From Heptranchias perlo (taxonomy: Eukaryota): a stretch of DNA of 64,000 bases. Made by a program: the position numbers and the translations under genes. The notes beneath the pieces were generated by a model that was given only the letters and a program-made list of their open reading frames with translations, was not told the origin of the DNA and made no database searches. Positions 13,200 through 25,745 of the stretch are shown here, one piece after another; positions within the stretch are counted from its first letter, which is position 1, and each line of letters starts with the position of its first letter. Where the stretch lies: the NCBI RefSeq assembly GCF_035084215.1, contig NW_027139453.1, positions 4,898,001 through 4,962,000 of the forward strand. The letters are read 5' to 3'.

Positions 13200-15110
13200 G
13201 TATACAGTGGAGTTCCCAGGGGTCAGTATTAAGACCACTGCTGTTTTTGACATTTATATTAACGACCTGGACTTAGGTATAGAGGGTATAATTTCAAAGT
13301 TTGCAGATGACACGAAACGCGGAAATGTAGTGAACAATGTTACGGACTTCAGGAGGACAGAGGAAGCTGGTGAAATGATCAGACACATGGCAGAGAGAAT
13401 TTAATGCAGAGAAGGGACTAAAGGTAATGCATCCAAGTTTGCTGATGACACAAAGCTAGGTTGGAAAGTAAGCTTTGAGTAGGACACAAAGAGTCTGGAA
13501 GGGGATATAGACAGGTTAAGTGAATGGGCAAGAATATGGCAGATTGAGTATAACGTGGGCAAATGTGAGGTTATTCACCTTGGTAGGAAGAATAGAAAAA
13601 CAGAATATTTTTTAAATGGTGCGAAATTATTGAATGTTGATGTTTAGAGGGATTTGGGTGTCCTCCTGGACGAAACACGGAAAGTTTACATGCAGGCACA
13701 GCAAACAATTAGGAAGGCTAATGGTATGTTACCCTTTATTGCAAGGGTTTCGGAGTACAAGAGTATGGAGGTTTTGCTGCAACTGAACAGGATTTGGTGA
13801 GACAACACTTGGAGTACTGCGTACAATTTTGGTCTCCCTATCTAAGGAAGGATATACTTGCCTTAGAGGCGGTGCAGCGAAGGTTCAGTAAATTAATTCC
13901 GGGAATGAGAGGGTTGTCCTGTGAGGAGAGATTGAGTAAAATGGACCGATACTCTTTGGAGTTTAGAAGAATGAGAGGTGATCTCCTTGAAATACATAAG
14001 ATTTTGAGAGGGGTTGACAGAGTAGGTGCTGCGAGATTGTTTCCCCTAGCTGGAGAGTCTAGAACTATTGGGCCTAGTCTGAGGATCAGGGGTCAGCCAT
14101 TTCGGACTGAGATGAGGAGAAATTTCTTCACTCAGAGGATTGTGAATCTTTAGAATTCTCTACCCAGAGGTCGGTGGATGCTGAGTCGTTGATTATATTC
14201 AAGACTGATATCGATAGATTTTTGAACTCTAGTGGAATCAAGAGATATGGGGATTGGGCAGGAAATTGTTGAGGCCGAAGATCAGCCATGGTCAGTTTGA
14301 ATAGCGGTGCAGTGTCGACGGAACGTATGGCCTACTCGTGCTCCTATTTCTTATGTTCGTATGCTCTTAGAAGTGTGAAGGGATAAGTTTTGGTAGGAAG
14401 AATGAGGAGAGGCAATAAAAAGTACATGGTACAATTTTAAAGTGGGTGCAGGAATTGAGAGATCTGAGGGTGGATAATGCTTCGAAGGTGGTAGGACAAG
14501 TTGATAAGGTTGTTAAAAAGGCATATGCGATCCTTGGCTTTATTAATAGAGGCATGGAGTACACAAGCAAGGAAGTTATACTAAACCTTTATAAAACACT
14601 GGTTAGGCCTCAGCTAGAGTATTGTATTCAATTCACGGCACCGCACTTTTGGAAAGATGTCAAGACCTTAGAGAGGGTGCACACGAGATTTACGATAACT
14701 GTGCCAGGGATGAGGGGCTTCGGTTATGGGGAGAGACTCGGGAAGCTGGGATTGTTCTCCTTAGAACAGAGAAGGTTAAGTGGAGGCTTGAAAGAGGTGT
14801 TCAATATCATGAACGGTTTTGACAGAGTAAAGGAGTAGAAACTGTTTCCAGTGGCAGAAGGGTCGGGAGACAGAGGTCACAGGTTTGATGTAAGAGTCAG
14901 AGGCGATATATGATGATCTGGAAAGGGCGGTGGAAGCAGATTCAATAATAACTTTCGAAAGGGAATTAGATAAATACTTGAAGGGGGAAAATGTTAAAGG
15001 GCTACGGGGAAAGAGCAGAGGAATTGAACTAATTGGATAGCTCTTCCAAAAAGCTGGCACAGGCATTATGGGCCGAATTCCCTCCTCTTGTGCTGTACCT
15101 ACTATGATAT
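13200..15110 (+). mobile_element. Nested CR1 LINE fragments
   Basis: YINDLD..SKFADDTK and two RxxLEYCxQF blocks. Confidence 0.85.
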
Positions 15111-15256
15111 TATATATCAGGCCCATGGCGCTGTATCTAGGTTGATAGCATGGCCATTTTCAATTTCAATGAAACAATACTCTCTCAGCTCTCATGACGT
15201 GAATCTCTCTGACACCACTTTAATATGACGAGCCAAACTGGTTCCATATCACTTAC

Positions 15257-15308
15257 CGACAACAACGAGTTTTGAGCCATGGCCAAATATATAATCGTTA
15301 TTTCCTGA
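15257..15308 (-). CDS. TRBJ: TRBJ segment J6, SGNNDYIFGHGSKLVVV
   Basis: FGHG, GTAAGT donor; cacaccg(15309-15315)/12/aataaaact. Confidence 0.92.
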
Positions 15309-15742
15309 CACACCGTTACACAGTCGTAATAAAACTAGTGACTCCTCAATTCTCCACACAACTGCCAGTAAGCACAGTTGGATCACTTTGGGTTGTGCTA
15401 AATTTATTTCCCCTCCCTGTCGCTCTCCATCTCTTTCTGTTATACTTTTTCTCCTCGTCTCTGCCTCTTTCCTCCTGCCATTCTCTCAGTTCCCAATTCT
15501 GTGCCGTTCTTTCTGTATCTCTCTCTCCTCCAGTCTCTCTCTATAGGTTGCCTCTTCCTCTCTGCCTATCGCTCCCCTCAAACTAACTTTTCTCCTACGT
15601 TTACTTGTTTTAATTTGTGCTTCTTTATTACAACTCGTCTTTCCTCTACATTTCATATTCTCTCCACTTTCAAACTCGTCGACACAATCAGTGCCCAGCC
15701 ACCAGCAGTTAATTGATATATTTTGATTAAGATCTCATTTAC

Positions 15743-15800
15743 CCAAGACGGTTAACTTAATGCCGTCTCCAAAAAATGGAAGACGAGTTGTTCCTGCTCC
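15743..15800 (-). CDS. TRBJ: TRBJ segment J5, GAGTTRLPFFGDGIKLTVL
   Basis: FGDG, GTAAAT donor; divergent RSS cacatca(15801-15807)/12/aaaaaatat. Confidence 0.87.
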
Positions 15801-15899
15801 CACATCATAATCTCCCATCAAAAAATATTCTTCAATGGTGTTGCAGCATTTTGGACCGCCCCACTTACTTATATCTGATATTGGCCCGTAGCTAATACG

Positions 15900-16460
15900 A
15901 ACTAACTAGAACAACAAAAACTTGCATTTATACATAAGGAGATATTAGGACAGGTGACCAAAACTTGGTCAAAGAGGTAGGTTTTTAGGAGCGACTGAAA
16001 TGAGGAGAGGCAGAGAGACGGAAAGGTTTAGCGAGGGAATTCCAGAGCTCAGGACCGAGGCAGCTGAAGGCATGGCCGCCAATAGTGGAGCGATTAAAAT
16101 CGGGGATGTGCAAGAGGCCAGAATTGGAGGAGCACCGAGATCTCGGAGGGTTTTTGCGATGGAGGAGGTTACAGAGATAGGGAGGGGCGAGGCCATGGAG
16201 GGATTTGAGATTAAGGATGAGAATTTTAAAATCGATGGTTTCCCGGACCGGGCGCCAATGTCGGTCAGCGAGCATCGCGGGTGATTGGAGAACGGAACTT
16301 TGTGAGAGTTAGAATACGGGCAGCTGAGTTTTGGGTGAGCTCATGATTCTGGAGCGCGGAAGATGGGAGGCCGGTCAGGAGACCATTGCAGTTGAGGAGT
16401 CCAGAGGTAAGAAAGGCACTGATGAGGGTTTCAGCAGCATATGAGCTGAGGTAGAATCGG
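15900..16460 (-). mobile_element. L2-like LINE 3' fragment (related copies ~8100-8530, 19320-19510, 50160-50610)
   Basis: IDFKIL...KSLHGLAPPYL...GGHAFS..GPELWNSL. Confidence 0.75.
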
Positions 16461-17927
16461 AGGCCATAATCTAATCTAAACTCATAAACTAACCAGGATG
16501 TTTGCAATTAAAACTGACAACATCCCCAATACGTCCTGTACAGTTAACTACTTAATCCTCTTACTGTTCTCAGAACTCTTATCAGGACGGAGTTAAAACC
16601 TCTGACCTATCTCGAACTTGTGCACCCGGCGTGTTTAGATCAGCTATGATCTCAGTGAATGGCATAGCAGGCTCGAAGGGCCAAATGGCCTACTCCTGCT
16701 CCAATCTCTAATATTCTTATGTGTTCTTCGGTAGCTCTTCAACAACTGACAACATAGGAACAGGAGCAGGCCATTCAGCCCCGCGAGCCAGTTCCACCAT
16801 TCAAAATGACATGGACGATCTGTTTCTCAAGTCAATCTACTCGCCTTGGTTCTGTAACCTTAATACCCCAGCCCAAGAAACAAATATCAATCTCAGTTTT
16901 GAAACTTTCAATTGACCCCCAGCCTCAACAACTTTTTGTGGGAGAGAGTTCCAAATTTCCACTCCCCTTTTTGTGAAGAAGTGCTTCCTGACATCACCAC
17001 TGAACGGCCGAGCTCTACTTTTAAGAGTATGCCCCCTTGTTCTGGACTCCCCCCACCAGAGAAAATACTTTCTCTCCGTCTACCTGATCAAATCCTTATG
17101 GAGGATACATAGAGTTATATACAATGTACAGTACAGAAACAGGCCACTCGGCCCAACTGGTCTATGCCGGTATTTATGCTCCACACGAGTCTGCTCACAT
17201 CCCTCTTCATCTCACCCTTTCAGCATAACCTTCTATTCCTTTCTCCCTCTTGCGTTTATCTAGCTTCCCCTTAAATGCATCTATGCTGTTCGCCTCAACT
17301 ACACCTTGTGGTAGTGAGTTCCACATATTTACCATTTTTCTGAGTAACGAAATTTCTCCTGAATTCCCTTTTGGATTTATTACTGACAGCTTATATTTAA
17401 GGCCTCTAGTTCTAATCTCCCCACAAGTGGAAATGTCTTCTCCACATCGATCCCATCAAACCCTTTTCATAATCTTAAAGACCTCTATCAGGTCACCGCT
17501 CAGCCTTCTGTTTTCTAAAGAAGAGAAATCCAGCCTGTTCAGCCTTTCCCGATAGTTACATCCCCCAGTGTTGGCATCATCCTTGTAAATCTTTTTTGCA
17601 CCTTCTCGTGTGCCTCTATATTATTTTCATAATATAGCGACCAGAACAGTGCACATAAAAATGCAATCTCATATTTTGTAAATTCTACAGCCGTGTCCTC
17701 TTTTAGTGATCAAGTTGAATACTTCTGTTTGCATCTGCACTGATCTGAGTATTTTAGTAAAACTCCTCTGTGTTCGCTTTCAAACCCCTTTCCTACAGTG
17801 AAAACTAATTCGTCTCTCCAAGTCTCCCTTCATAAGCTAAAGTTTTACAATCAACTTAATTCGTTCCTATATTTGCAAATTCGTGAATTGAGCCAACGTT
17901 TCTACCATTGGACATCTTTTCGCTTAC

Positions 17928-17976
17928 CTAACACGACCAGCCTCGTCCCATCTCCGAAGTAAGCTTCCTTGTTGTA
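17928..17976 (-). CDS. TRBJ: TRBJ segment J4, YNKEAYFGDGTRLVVL
   Basis: EAYFGxGTRL motif typical of Jbeta; GTAAGC donor; cacagca(17977-17983)/12/aagaaaacc. Confidence 0.95.
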
Positions 17977-18662
17977 CACAGCAGTATGGGGCAGTAAGAA
18001 AACCCCTTCTGCAGTCTCGATCGCTCGATCTATTCTAGTGATGTTTGAGACGGTTTTGACTATGGTAATGTCCCGTAAAGGTTATCGGAACATAAGAACA
18101 TTGGGACATCGAGATATAGCGACATAGGGAAATAGGATCAGGAGTAGACCATTCAGCTCCTCGAGCTTGCTCCACTATTCAACTGGAACATGACTCATCA
18201 GCATCTTACCTCCATTTGCTCGCCTTGGTCCATTAACACCCTCGACTAACAACATTCTATCAATCTCAGTTTTGAAATTTTCAATCGGCCAACAGCCTCA
18301 ACAGTTTTTTGGGGGAGAGAGCTCTAGATTTCAACTAACCTTTGTGTGAAGAAATGTTTTTTGCCATCACCCCTGGACGGCCCAACTCTAATTTTAAGGT
18401 TATGCGCTCTTGATCTGGACTCCCCACCAGAGGAAATAACTTCCCTCTATCAACCTTATGAAATCCTTTAATCATCTTAAACACCTCAATTAGAACACCC
18501 CTTTATCTCCTTTACTGGAAGGAATACAAGCCTAGTCTGTACAAACTGTTCTTTAACCCTTTTATATATCAAATATCGAAACATTACCCCAACCAATCGT
18601 TGACCCGTGTTTAGACATAGATTCTGAACGAGAGAAGAAACAGAAAAGCACAGATACCTTAC

Positions 18663-18710
18663 CCAAAATAGCCAACTTGGTCCCGTCGCCGAAGTAAAGT
18701 ATGTTCCCTG
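18663..18710 (-). CDS. TRBJ: TRBJ segment J3, GNILYFGDGTKLAIL
   Basis: FGDG, GTAAGG donor; cacaatg(18711-18717)/12/tcatgaaca. Confidence 0.92.
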
Positions 18711-18904
18711 CACAATGTTCAATTCTTAGTCATGAACAGGCCCGGGATCTTTCCATTCTAACTGAAAGCGGGGGCTCTTACATGCAAACATTAACGAAGC
18801 ATGTCTCGTATAGAACAGGTTTTGTAAAACTAAACATTTTAATCATCAGTAAACAATTTATCTGCCGTTCGGGGGAGAGGTTAGAGACATTATAATTGAC
18901 TCAC

Positions 18905-18949
18905 CCAGAACTGTTAATCTGGTGCCTTCTCCGAAGTAATACACTTGTG
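18905..18949 (-). CDS. TRBJ: TRBJ segment J2, QVYYFGEGTRLTVL
   Basis: FGEG, GTGAGT donor; cacagtg(18950-18956)/12/cccaaaata. Confidence 0.95.
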
Positions 18950-18989
18950 CACAGTGATACCCCACCGTCCCAAAATAGTTAGGTCTGAG

Positions 18990-19200
18990 TCCCAGTCTAA
19001 TCTGTACCATCCCATTCTTATCTGAATTATCCCGTTCTAATCTGGATGGTCCCATTCTAATCTGTATAATCCCATTCCAATCGATAGAATCCATGTATGA
19101 TTCAATTCTAATCTGCATGGAACCGATTCTAATCTGCAGGGAACCCTTTCCAATCTGCATCATCCCATTCTAATCTATAGATTCTAGGCTAATCTGTATG
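18990..19200. repeat. Degenerate ~20-bp minisatellite between J2 and J1
   Basis: cccattctaatctg... recurs at 19011, 19031, 19051, 19071 and beyond. Confidence 0.7.
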
Positions 19201-19574
19201 AGTTCATTTATAGACTAAGCATCGGTTATATTAAGTCTGTGTTCTGAGCACGGTACATTTCCCACTCTTGTATTCAACCAATTGTTACAACCACCTCCAA
19301 CTTTATTGAGTTTACATACATCTTAAGGGAGGAGAGAGAGATAGAGAAGCGGAGAGGGTGAGGGACGGAATTCCAAAGCTTAGGTCCGAGGTAGCTGAAG
19401 GCACGGCCGCCAATAGTGGTGCGATTTGAGTGGAGGGATGGACAAGAGGCCAGAATTGGAGGAGTGCTGAGCTCTCGGAAGGTTGTAGGGCTAGAGCAGG
19501 TTACAGAGATGGGCAACAACGTTAGAATGCATACAGCTGGACAGGAATTTAAATAAAAACTGCCGTTTTCTTAC

Positions 19575-19622
19575 CTAATACCGATAGTGTGCTGCCTGTT
19601 CCGAAGTAGGGAGTGGTCCCAG
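19575..19622 (-). CDS. TRBJ: TRBJ segment J1 (D-proximal), GTTPYFGTGSTLSVL
   Basis: FGTG, GTAAGA donor; cacgtca(19623-19629)/12/acatcaaca. Confidence 0.9.
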   Translation of the reverse strand: MGPLPTSEQAAHYRY

Positions 19623-20113
19623 CACGTCACGAATTCCTCTTACATCAACACCTTCGGAAAGAAAGAGCTAAAAGTGGGTGTCTAAGCATTTCACCAACTC
19701 AGGGCGTCCCAAACCACTTGACAGCAAATTAAGTACATTTTTGAAGTGTGGTCACTATAGCAACGTAGGAAATACGGTAGCCAATGCTGCCACATACTGC
19801 AAAATGGCAATGATCAGATCGGCTGTTTTTTTTTTGCAATGTTTTTCTGAGGTTTAAATATTCGCGTTCACGGAGCTAATTGAAGGCTCGTTTATTGTAA
19901 TGATACAAAACGATTAGGTTTTCCATAAAAGAGCCCTGGGTTATATGCGTGGATTATTTTAATGCACTTTTTAAAAATAAATGTCCCAGCTCTCACAATG
20001 ATACAAGTGTGAAGCTCACGCTTTTAGCCTGTCCCCTGCGCCCTTGCTGATCTTTCGAGTCACGTGTAGACGTAGGTTTTTGTGCGGGGGTTGCATTGGA
20101 TTCTATCACCGTG

Positions 20114-20126
20114 CCCCCGCTGTTCC
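20114..20126 (-). CDS. TRBD: TRBD segment GGAACAGCGGGGG
   Basis: Minus strand CTTTTTTGT-12-CATCGTG [D] CACGGTG-23-ACAAAAACC (RSS span 20075-20154); resembles the vertebrate Dbeta1 core GGGACAGGGGGC; open in all three frames. Confidence 0.96.
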
Positions 20127-20159
20127 CACGATGATACAAAGTCCTACAAAAAAGAAATA

Positions 20160-20235
20160 TCAGATCGAGAGCAACACCGCCCCGCCTCTTGAGCAGGTAC
20201 TGGAGGCTTCAACTGGTGACGTCGCTTTGAGATTC
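20160..20235 (-). promoter_or_regulatory. Putative Dbeta germline promoter
   Basis: GC box CCGCCCCGCC (20177-20186) and CRE-like TGACGTCG (20217-20224) immediately 5' of the D 12-RSS, the position of mammalian PDbeta1. Confidence 0.45.
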
Positions 20236-20339
20236 AGGTATCGGAGTTTATTTAGCACTCGGGAACATAGGAACAGGTCATTAACACCTAGAGCCTGTGA
20301 CATGTGAATAGGAGTCGGCCATTCTGCCCCTTAGATCCT

Positions 20340-21130
20340 GTTATATAGGAAAAGGAAGAGGCCATTCAGCGCCCTCAAGGCTTTCAGATTGGAACAGGAG
20401 GAGGCCATTCAGAACCTCCAGTCTGTTACACGGGAACAGGAGGAGGCCATTCAGAACCTCCAGTCCGTTACACGGGAACAGTATGAGGCCATTCAGAACC
20501 TCCAGTCTATTACACGGGAATAGTGGGAGACCATTCAGAACCTCCAGTCTGTTACACGGGAACAGGAGGGAGCCATTCAGAACCTCCAGTCCGTTACACG
20601 GGAACAGTAGGAGGCCATTCAGAACCTCCAGTCTGTTACACGGGAACAGGAGGAGGCCATTCAGAACCTCCAGTCTTTTACACGGGAATAGGAAGAGGCC
20701 ATTCAGAACCTCCAGTCTGTTACACGGGAACAGGAGGAGGCCATTCAGAATCTCCATTCTATTACACGGGAATAGGAGGAGGGAATCCAGAACCTCCAGT
20801 CTGTTACACGGGAACAGGAGGAGGCCATTCAGAATCTCCAGTCTATTACACTGGAATAGGAGGAGGCCATTCGGAACCTCCAGTCTGTGATGCGGAAAAA
20901 TGAGAAGGCCATTCAGAACCTCCAGTCTGTTACACGGGAACAGGAGGAGGCCATTCAGAATCAGCAGTCTATTACACAGGAATAGGATGATGCCACTCAG
21001 AACCTCCAGTCTGTTACACGGGAACAGGAGGAGGCCATTCAGAATCTCCAGTCTGTTAAACAGGAATAGGAGTAGGTCATTCAGCCCCCTCGAGCCTGTT
21101 AGAGAGGAACAGGAGGAGGCATTTCAGCCC
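20340..21130. repeat. 42-bp minisatellite (~18 units) just upstream of D
   Basis: Unit ggaacaggaggaggccattcagaacctccagtctgttacacg. Confidence 0.95.
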
Positions 21131-21709
21131 TTCGAGTCTGCCAGGCTTTTTTCTTGTGTCACTTGAAAATGTCCCCACAACGTGCAGGACCTCGGGAAGT
21201 AACGGCACTGTCTCTCAAACAGAGCACATGTTATACATAAATACAATAACTCTTGCACACTGTAATCTCCGAACCGATCTCTCAGAGCACCCTGTGTACC
21301 AGGTGCACGCTCGTCGGCCAGGTGTCGTGTTTAGATTTGTAACGCTATTATCTTTTCAGTTTATCTTTGTTCAAACCGCCGCACTTCCCCATACGTCTGC
21401 CCCAAACTAAAACGCCGAGATACCAAACGTTTAATTCGCTTCATATGGAACGTTATCTCCATCTGAATGAAGCTCCGGGTTATGGTCTAAACACGAAGTG
21501 TCTAACAACAAAAGCAGACGTTAAAAGAAGAAATGGGAAACCGGCGTTTGAATATTTGCAAAGAAAGGCGAATGTGCGTTCAGTTCAGTAAGTAGATTTC
21601 TCGTTGTCCTTTTGCAAACATGGTACAAAGTTTAAATCAATTGTTGCTTTCAAATGTTCCCCGGACGCAACAGAGTTATGAGCAATTATGTCATTCTTGT
21701 TTGGAAATT

Positions 21710-24430
21710 ATTCCAGGGATAGTGGACTTTAGTTACGTGGATAAGCTGGGGTTGTTCTCCTTCGAACAGAGACGGTTGCGAGGAGATTTGATAGAGATGT
21801 TAAAAATCATGAAGGGCCTAGACAGAGTAGATAAAGAGAAACTGTTCCCATTGGCGGAAGGGTCAAGAACCAGAGGACATAGATTTAAGTTGATTGGCAA
21901 AAGAACGAAAGGTGACATGAGGAAAATCTTTTTTAGACAGCGAGTGGTTAGGATCTGGAATGCACTGCCCGAGGGGGTGGTGGAGGCAGATTCAATCGTC
22001 TTTTTTAAATGCAAACCGAATAAGTCCTTGAAAGGACAACATTTGCAGGGTTACAGGGATAGGGTAGGCGAGTGGTACTAGCTGCATTGCTCTTGCATAG
22101 AATCGGTGCGAACTTGATGGGCCAAATGGCCTCCTTCCTTGCTGTAAGCTTTCCATAATTCTATAAATTTGGTTAGACCGTACTGAGAGTACTGCGCTCA
22201 GTTCTGGATTCCTTATTACAAAAAGGGTATAGAGGCACTGGAGAATGTGCAACAAAGATTTACAAGGATGATACCAGAATAGAGAGGTTATACATATCAG
22301 GAAAGACTTAACAGGCTGGGGCTCTTTTCTCCAGAAAAGGGAAGTTGAGGGGTGACCTGATGGAGGCCTTTAAGATTATGAAAGAGTTTGCTAATGGAGA
22401 CGTAGAGAAGATGTTTCCACTTGTGGGGGAGACCAAAAATAAGGGCCATAAATAAAAGATATTCACTAATAAATCCAATAGGGAATTCAGGAGAAACTTG
22501 TTTCCCAAAAGAGTGATGGAGCCGAAAAGCATAAGTGCATTTAAGGGGAAAGTACATGAGGGAGAAATGAATAGATGGATAAGCTGATAGGGTGAGATGA
22601 AGTAGGGTGGAAGGGAGCTCGTGTGGAACATAAATACCAGCATAGACTAGTTGGGCTGAATGGACTGTTTCTGTGCTGCAAACTCTATGTAATACTCGAA
22701 TACATCGACTTCAGCAGCATTACACATGTGAATGTGGTTCCTATTATATGAGTTATTTGGTTTATAACCTAAACGCTTGTGTAAAATGCTGTTAAGAGGA
22801 TTTGTCCACCATTAGGTTTGTGACATCGCTAACATAATAAGATAAGAAATAGGAGCAGGAGTAGGCCATTCGGCCCCTCGAGCCTGCTCCGCCATTCGAT
22901 AAGGGCATGGCTGATCTTCAACCTCAACTCCACTGACCTGCCCGATCACCATATCCCCTGATTCCCTTCGAGCCCGGACATCTGTCTATCGCAGCCTTGA
23001 ATATATTCAACAACTCAGCATCTACAACCCCCTAGAGTAGAGAATTCAAAAGATTCACAACCCTCTGAGTGAAGAAATTCCTCCTTATCTCGGTCTTAAT
23101 TGTCTGACTCCTTATCCTGAGACTATGCCCCGTGGTTCTAGACCCGCCAGCCAGGGAAAATAATCTCTTAGCACCTACCCTTTGAAGCTGCCTCATAATC
23201 TTATGTTTCAATTAGATCACATCTCATTCTTCTAAACTCCAGAGAGCAGAGGCCCATTATGCTCAACCTCGCCTCAAACGACAACCCTCTCATCCCAGAA
23301 ATTAATCTAGTGAACCTTCGCTGCACCACCTCTAAGGCAAATATATCCTTCCTTAGATAAGGAGAACAAAACTGTACACAGTATTTCATGTGAGGACTCA
23401 CCAAAGCCCTGTCCAATTGTGGTAAGACTTCATTACTTTTGTGCTCCAACCCTCTTGCAATAAATGCCAACATTCCATTTGCTTTCCTAATTGCTATACC
23501 TGCTTGCTAATGTTTTGTGTTTCGTGTACGAGGACACCCAAGTCTCTCCGAACACCAACAATTAATAATTTCTCACCATTTAGAAATTATTCTGTTTTGC
23601 TATTCTTCCTACCAAAGTGAATCATCTCACATTTCCCCACATTATACTCCATCTGCCACCTTATTGCCCACTCACTTAACCTGTCTATATCACTTTGCAG
23701 ACTCTTTGTGACGTCCTCACAGTTTACTTTCCCACTTAGCTCTGCATCATCAGTCAACTTGGTGCATTACATTCGGTCCCTTCATCTAAGTCATTCAGAG
23801 AGATTGAAAATAGCTGAGGCCCCAGCACTGATCCTCGCAAAACCCCACGAGTTCCAGCTTGCCAGCCTGAAAATGACCCGTTTATCCCTACTCTCTGTTT
23901 TCTGTCCGTTAACCAATCCTCGATCCATGCTAATATATTACTCCCAACCACATGAGCCCTTATCTTGTGCAACAACCTTTTATGTGGCGTCTTATCGAGC
24001 GCCTTTTGAAAATCCAAATTTACTACATCAACTGGTTCCCCTTTATCTACCTGTGAGTTACATCCTCAAAAAACTCGAATAAATTTGTCAAACACGATTT
24101 GTCTTTCATAAAACCATGTTGACTCTGCCTAATCATATTATAATTTTCTAAGTACCCTGTTACCACTTTCTTAATAATGTATTCCAGCATTTTCTCGACG
24201 ACTGATGTTAGGCTAACTGGCGTGTAGTTCCCTGTTTACTCTCTCCCTCCTTTCTTGCATAGCGGGGTTACATTTGCTACCTTCCAATCCACGTGGTCTG
24301 TTCTAGAATCTAGAGTTTTTTGGAAGATAATAACCAGTGCATCCACTATCTCTGCAGCCACCTCTGTTAGAACCCTCGGATATAGGGTCAAGGGGATTTA
24401 TCAGATTTTAGTCTCATTAGTTTCTCAAGC
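21710..24430. mobile_element. Cluster of CR1 LINE fragments (plus 21710-22690, minus 22835-24430)
   Basis: RRLRGDLIE, DFQKALDK..H.RLL, GSVLGPQLF motifs. Confidence 0.85.
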
Positions 24431-24862
24431 AACGCCTAAGGAAAAGAAAAAAGTCGCCGTTTTTTAGTCTAAATGGTTGCGGTGCAAATAATGTTTAATC
24501 CAGCAAATTGTCCGTCGCCGTTAACTACAGTGGAGATCTGAGCAGCGAGAATGGACTTTTTTCAGCTTTCGACAGGGTGACGCAAATGGTCCATTGATTT
24601 TGCGATGGATTGGGACATGGCTTATCTCACGTATTCCGCAAATCGCTGAATATTCTTTTCTTAAAATGTAATAATGGCGCCCGCCGTTAATACATCGTTA
24701 ATATGGCTCAATTTCCCAGCAGTTCCAGGCCAGAATGGACGGTTGGGTGTATTGTGCGATAGATAAATATGTAGCAATTGTAGATGAGAGAAACTTTCCA
24801 ATGGCGAATAATGGCAAGATATCAATTTGCTCGAATGACACGATTACTGACACTTTCAGACA

Positions 24863-25745
24863 CTATTACTATTCGACACTCTTACTGCTCATGATACTGA
24901 TAATGATATACTGCTGGTCCAGTTACTGATAATGACACTATTGCTGCTCCAGTTACTGATAATGGCACTATTACTGTTCCAGTTACTGATAATGGCACTA
25001 TTAATGCTCCAGTTACTGATAATGACATTATTACTGTTCCAGTTACAGATAATGGCACTATTACTGCTTCAGTTACTGATATTGGCACTATTACTGTTCC
25101 AGTTACTGATAAAGACACTATTACTGTTCCAGTTACTGAGAATGACACTATTACTGCTGCAGTTACTGATAATGGCAATATTGCTGCTCCAGTTACTGAT
25201 AATGACACCATTACTGCTCTAGTTACTGATAATGACACTATTACTGATCCAGTTTCTGATAATGGCACTATTACTGCTCCAGTTACTGATAATGATACTA
25301 TTACTGCTCCAGTTACTGATAATGATACTATTACTGCTCCAGTTACTGATAATGAGACTATTATTTCTCCAGTTAGTGATAATAACACTATTTCTGCTCC
25401 AGTTACTGATAATGACACGACTACTGCTCCAGTTATTGATAATGATATAATTACTGCTCCAGTTACTGATAATGAGACTATTACTTCTCCAGTTACTGAT
25501 AATGACATTATTACTGTTCCAGTTACTGATAATGGCAATATTACTGCTCCGGTTAATGATAATCACACTATTACTGCTTCAGTTACTGATAATGATACTA
25601 TTACTGCTCCAGTTACTGATAATGACAATATTATTGCTCCAGTCACTGATAATGACACTATTACTGATCCAGTTACTGCTAATGACATTATTGCTGCTCC
25701 AGTTACTGATAATGACATTATTACTGCTCCAGTTACTGATAATGT
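24863..25745. repeat. 30-bp minisatellite (~29 units)
   Basis: Unit ttactgataatgacactattactgctccag. Confidence 0.95.

Noticed and set aside
19980-20040. Second D segment (cacaatg atacaag and GGGACAG core nearby)
   Set aside because: No nonamer at correct spacing and the core is not flanked by heptamers
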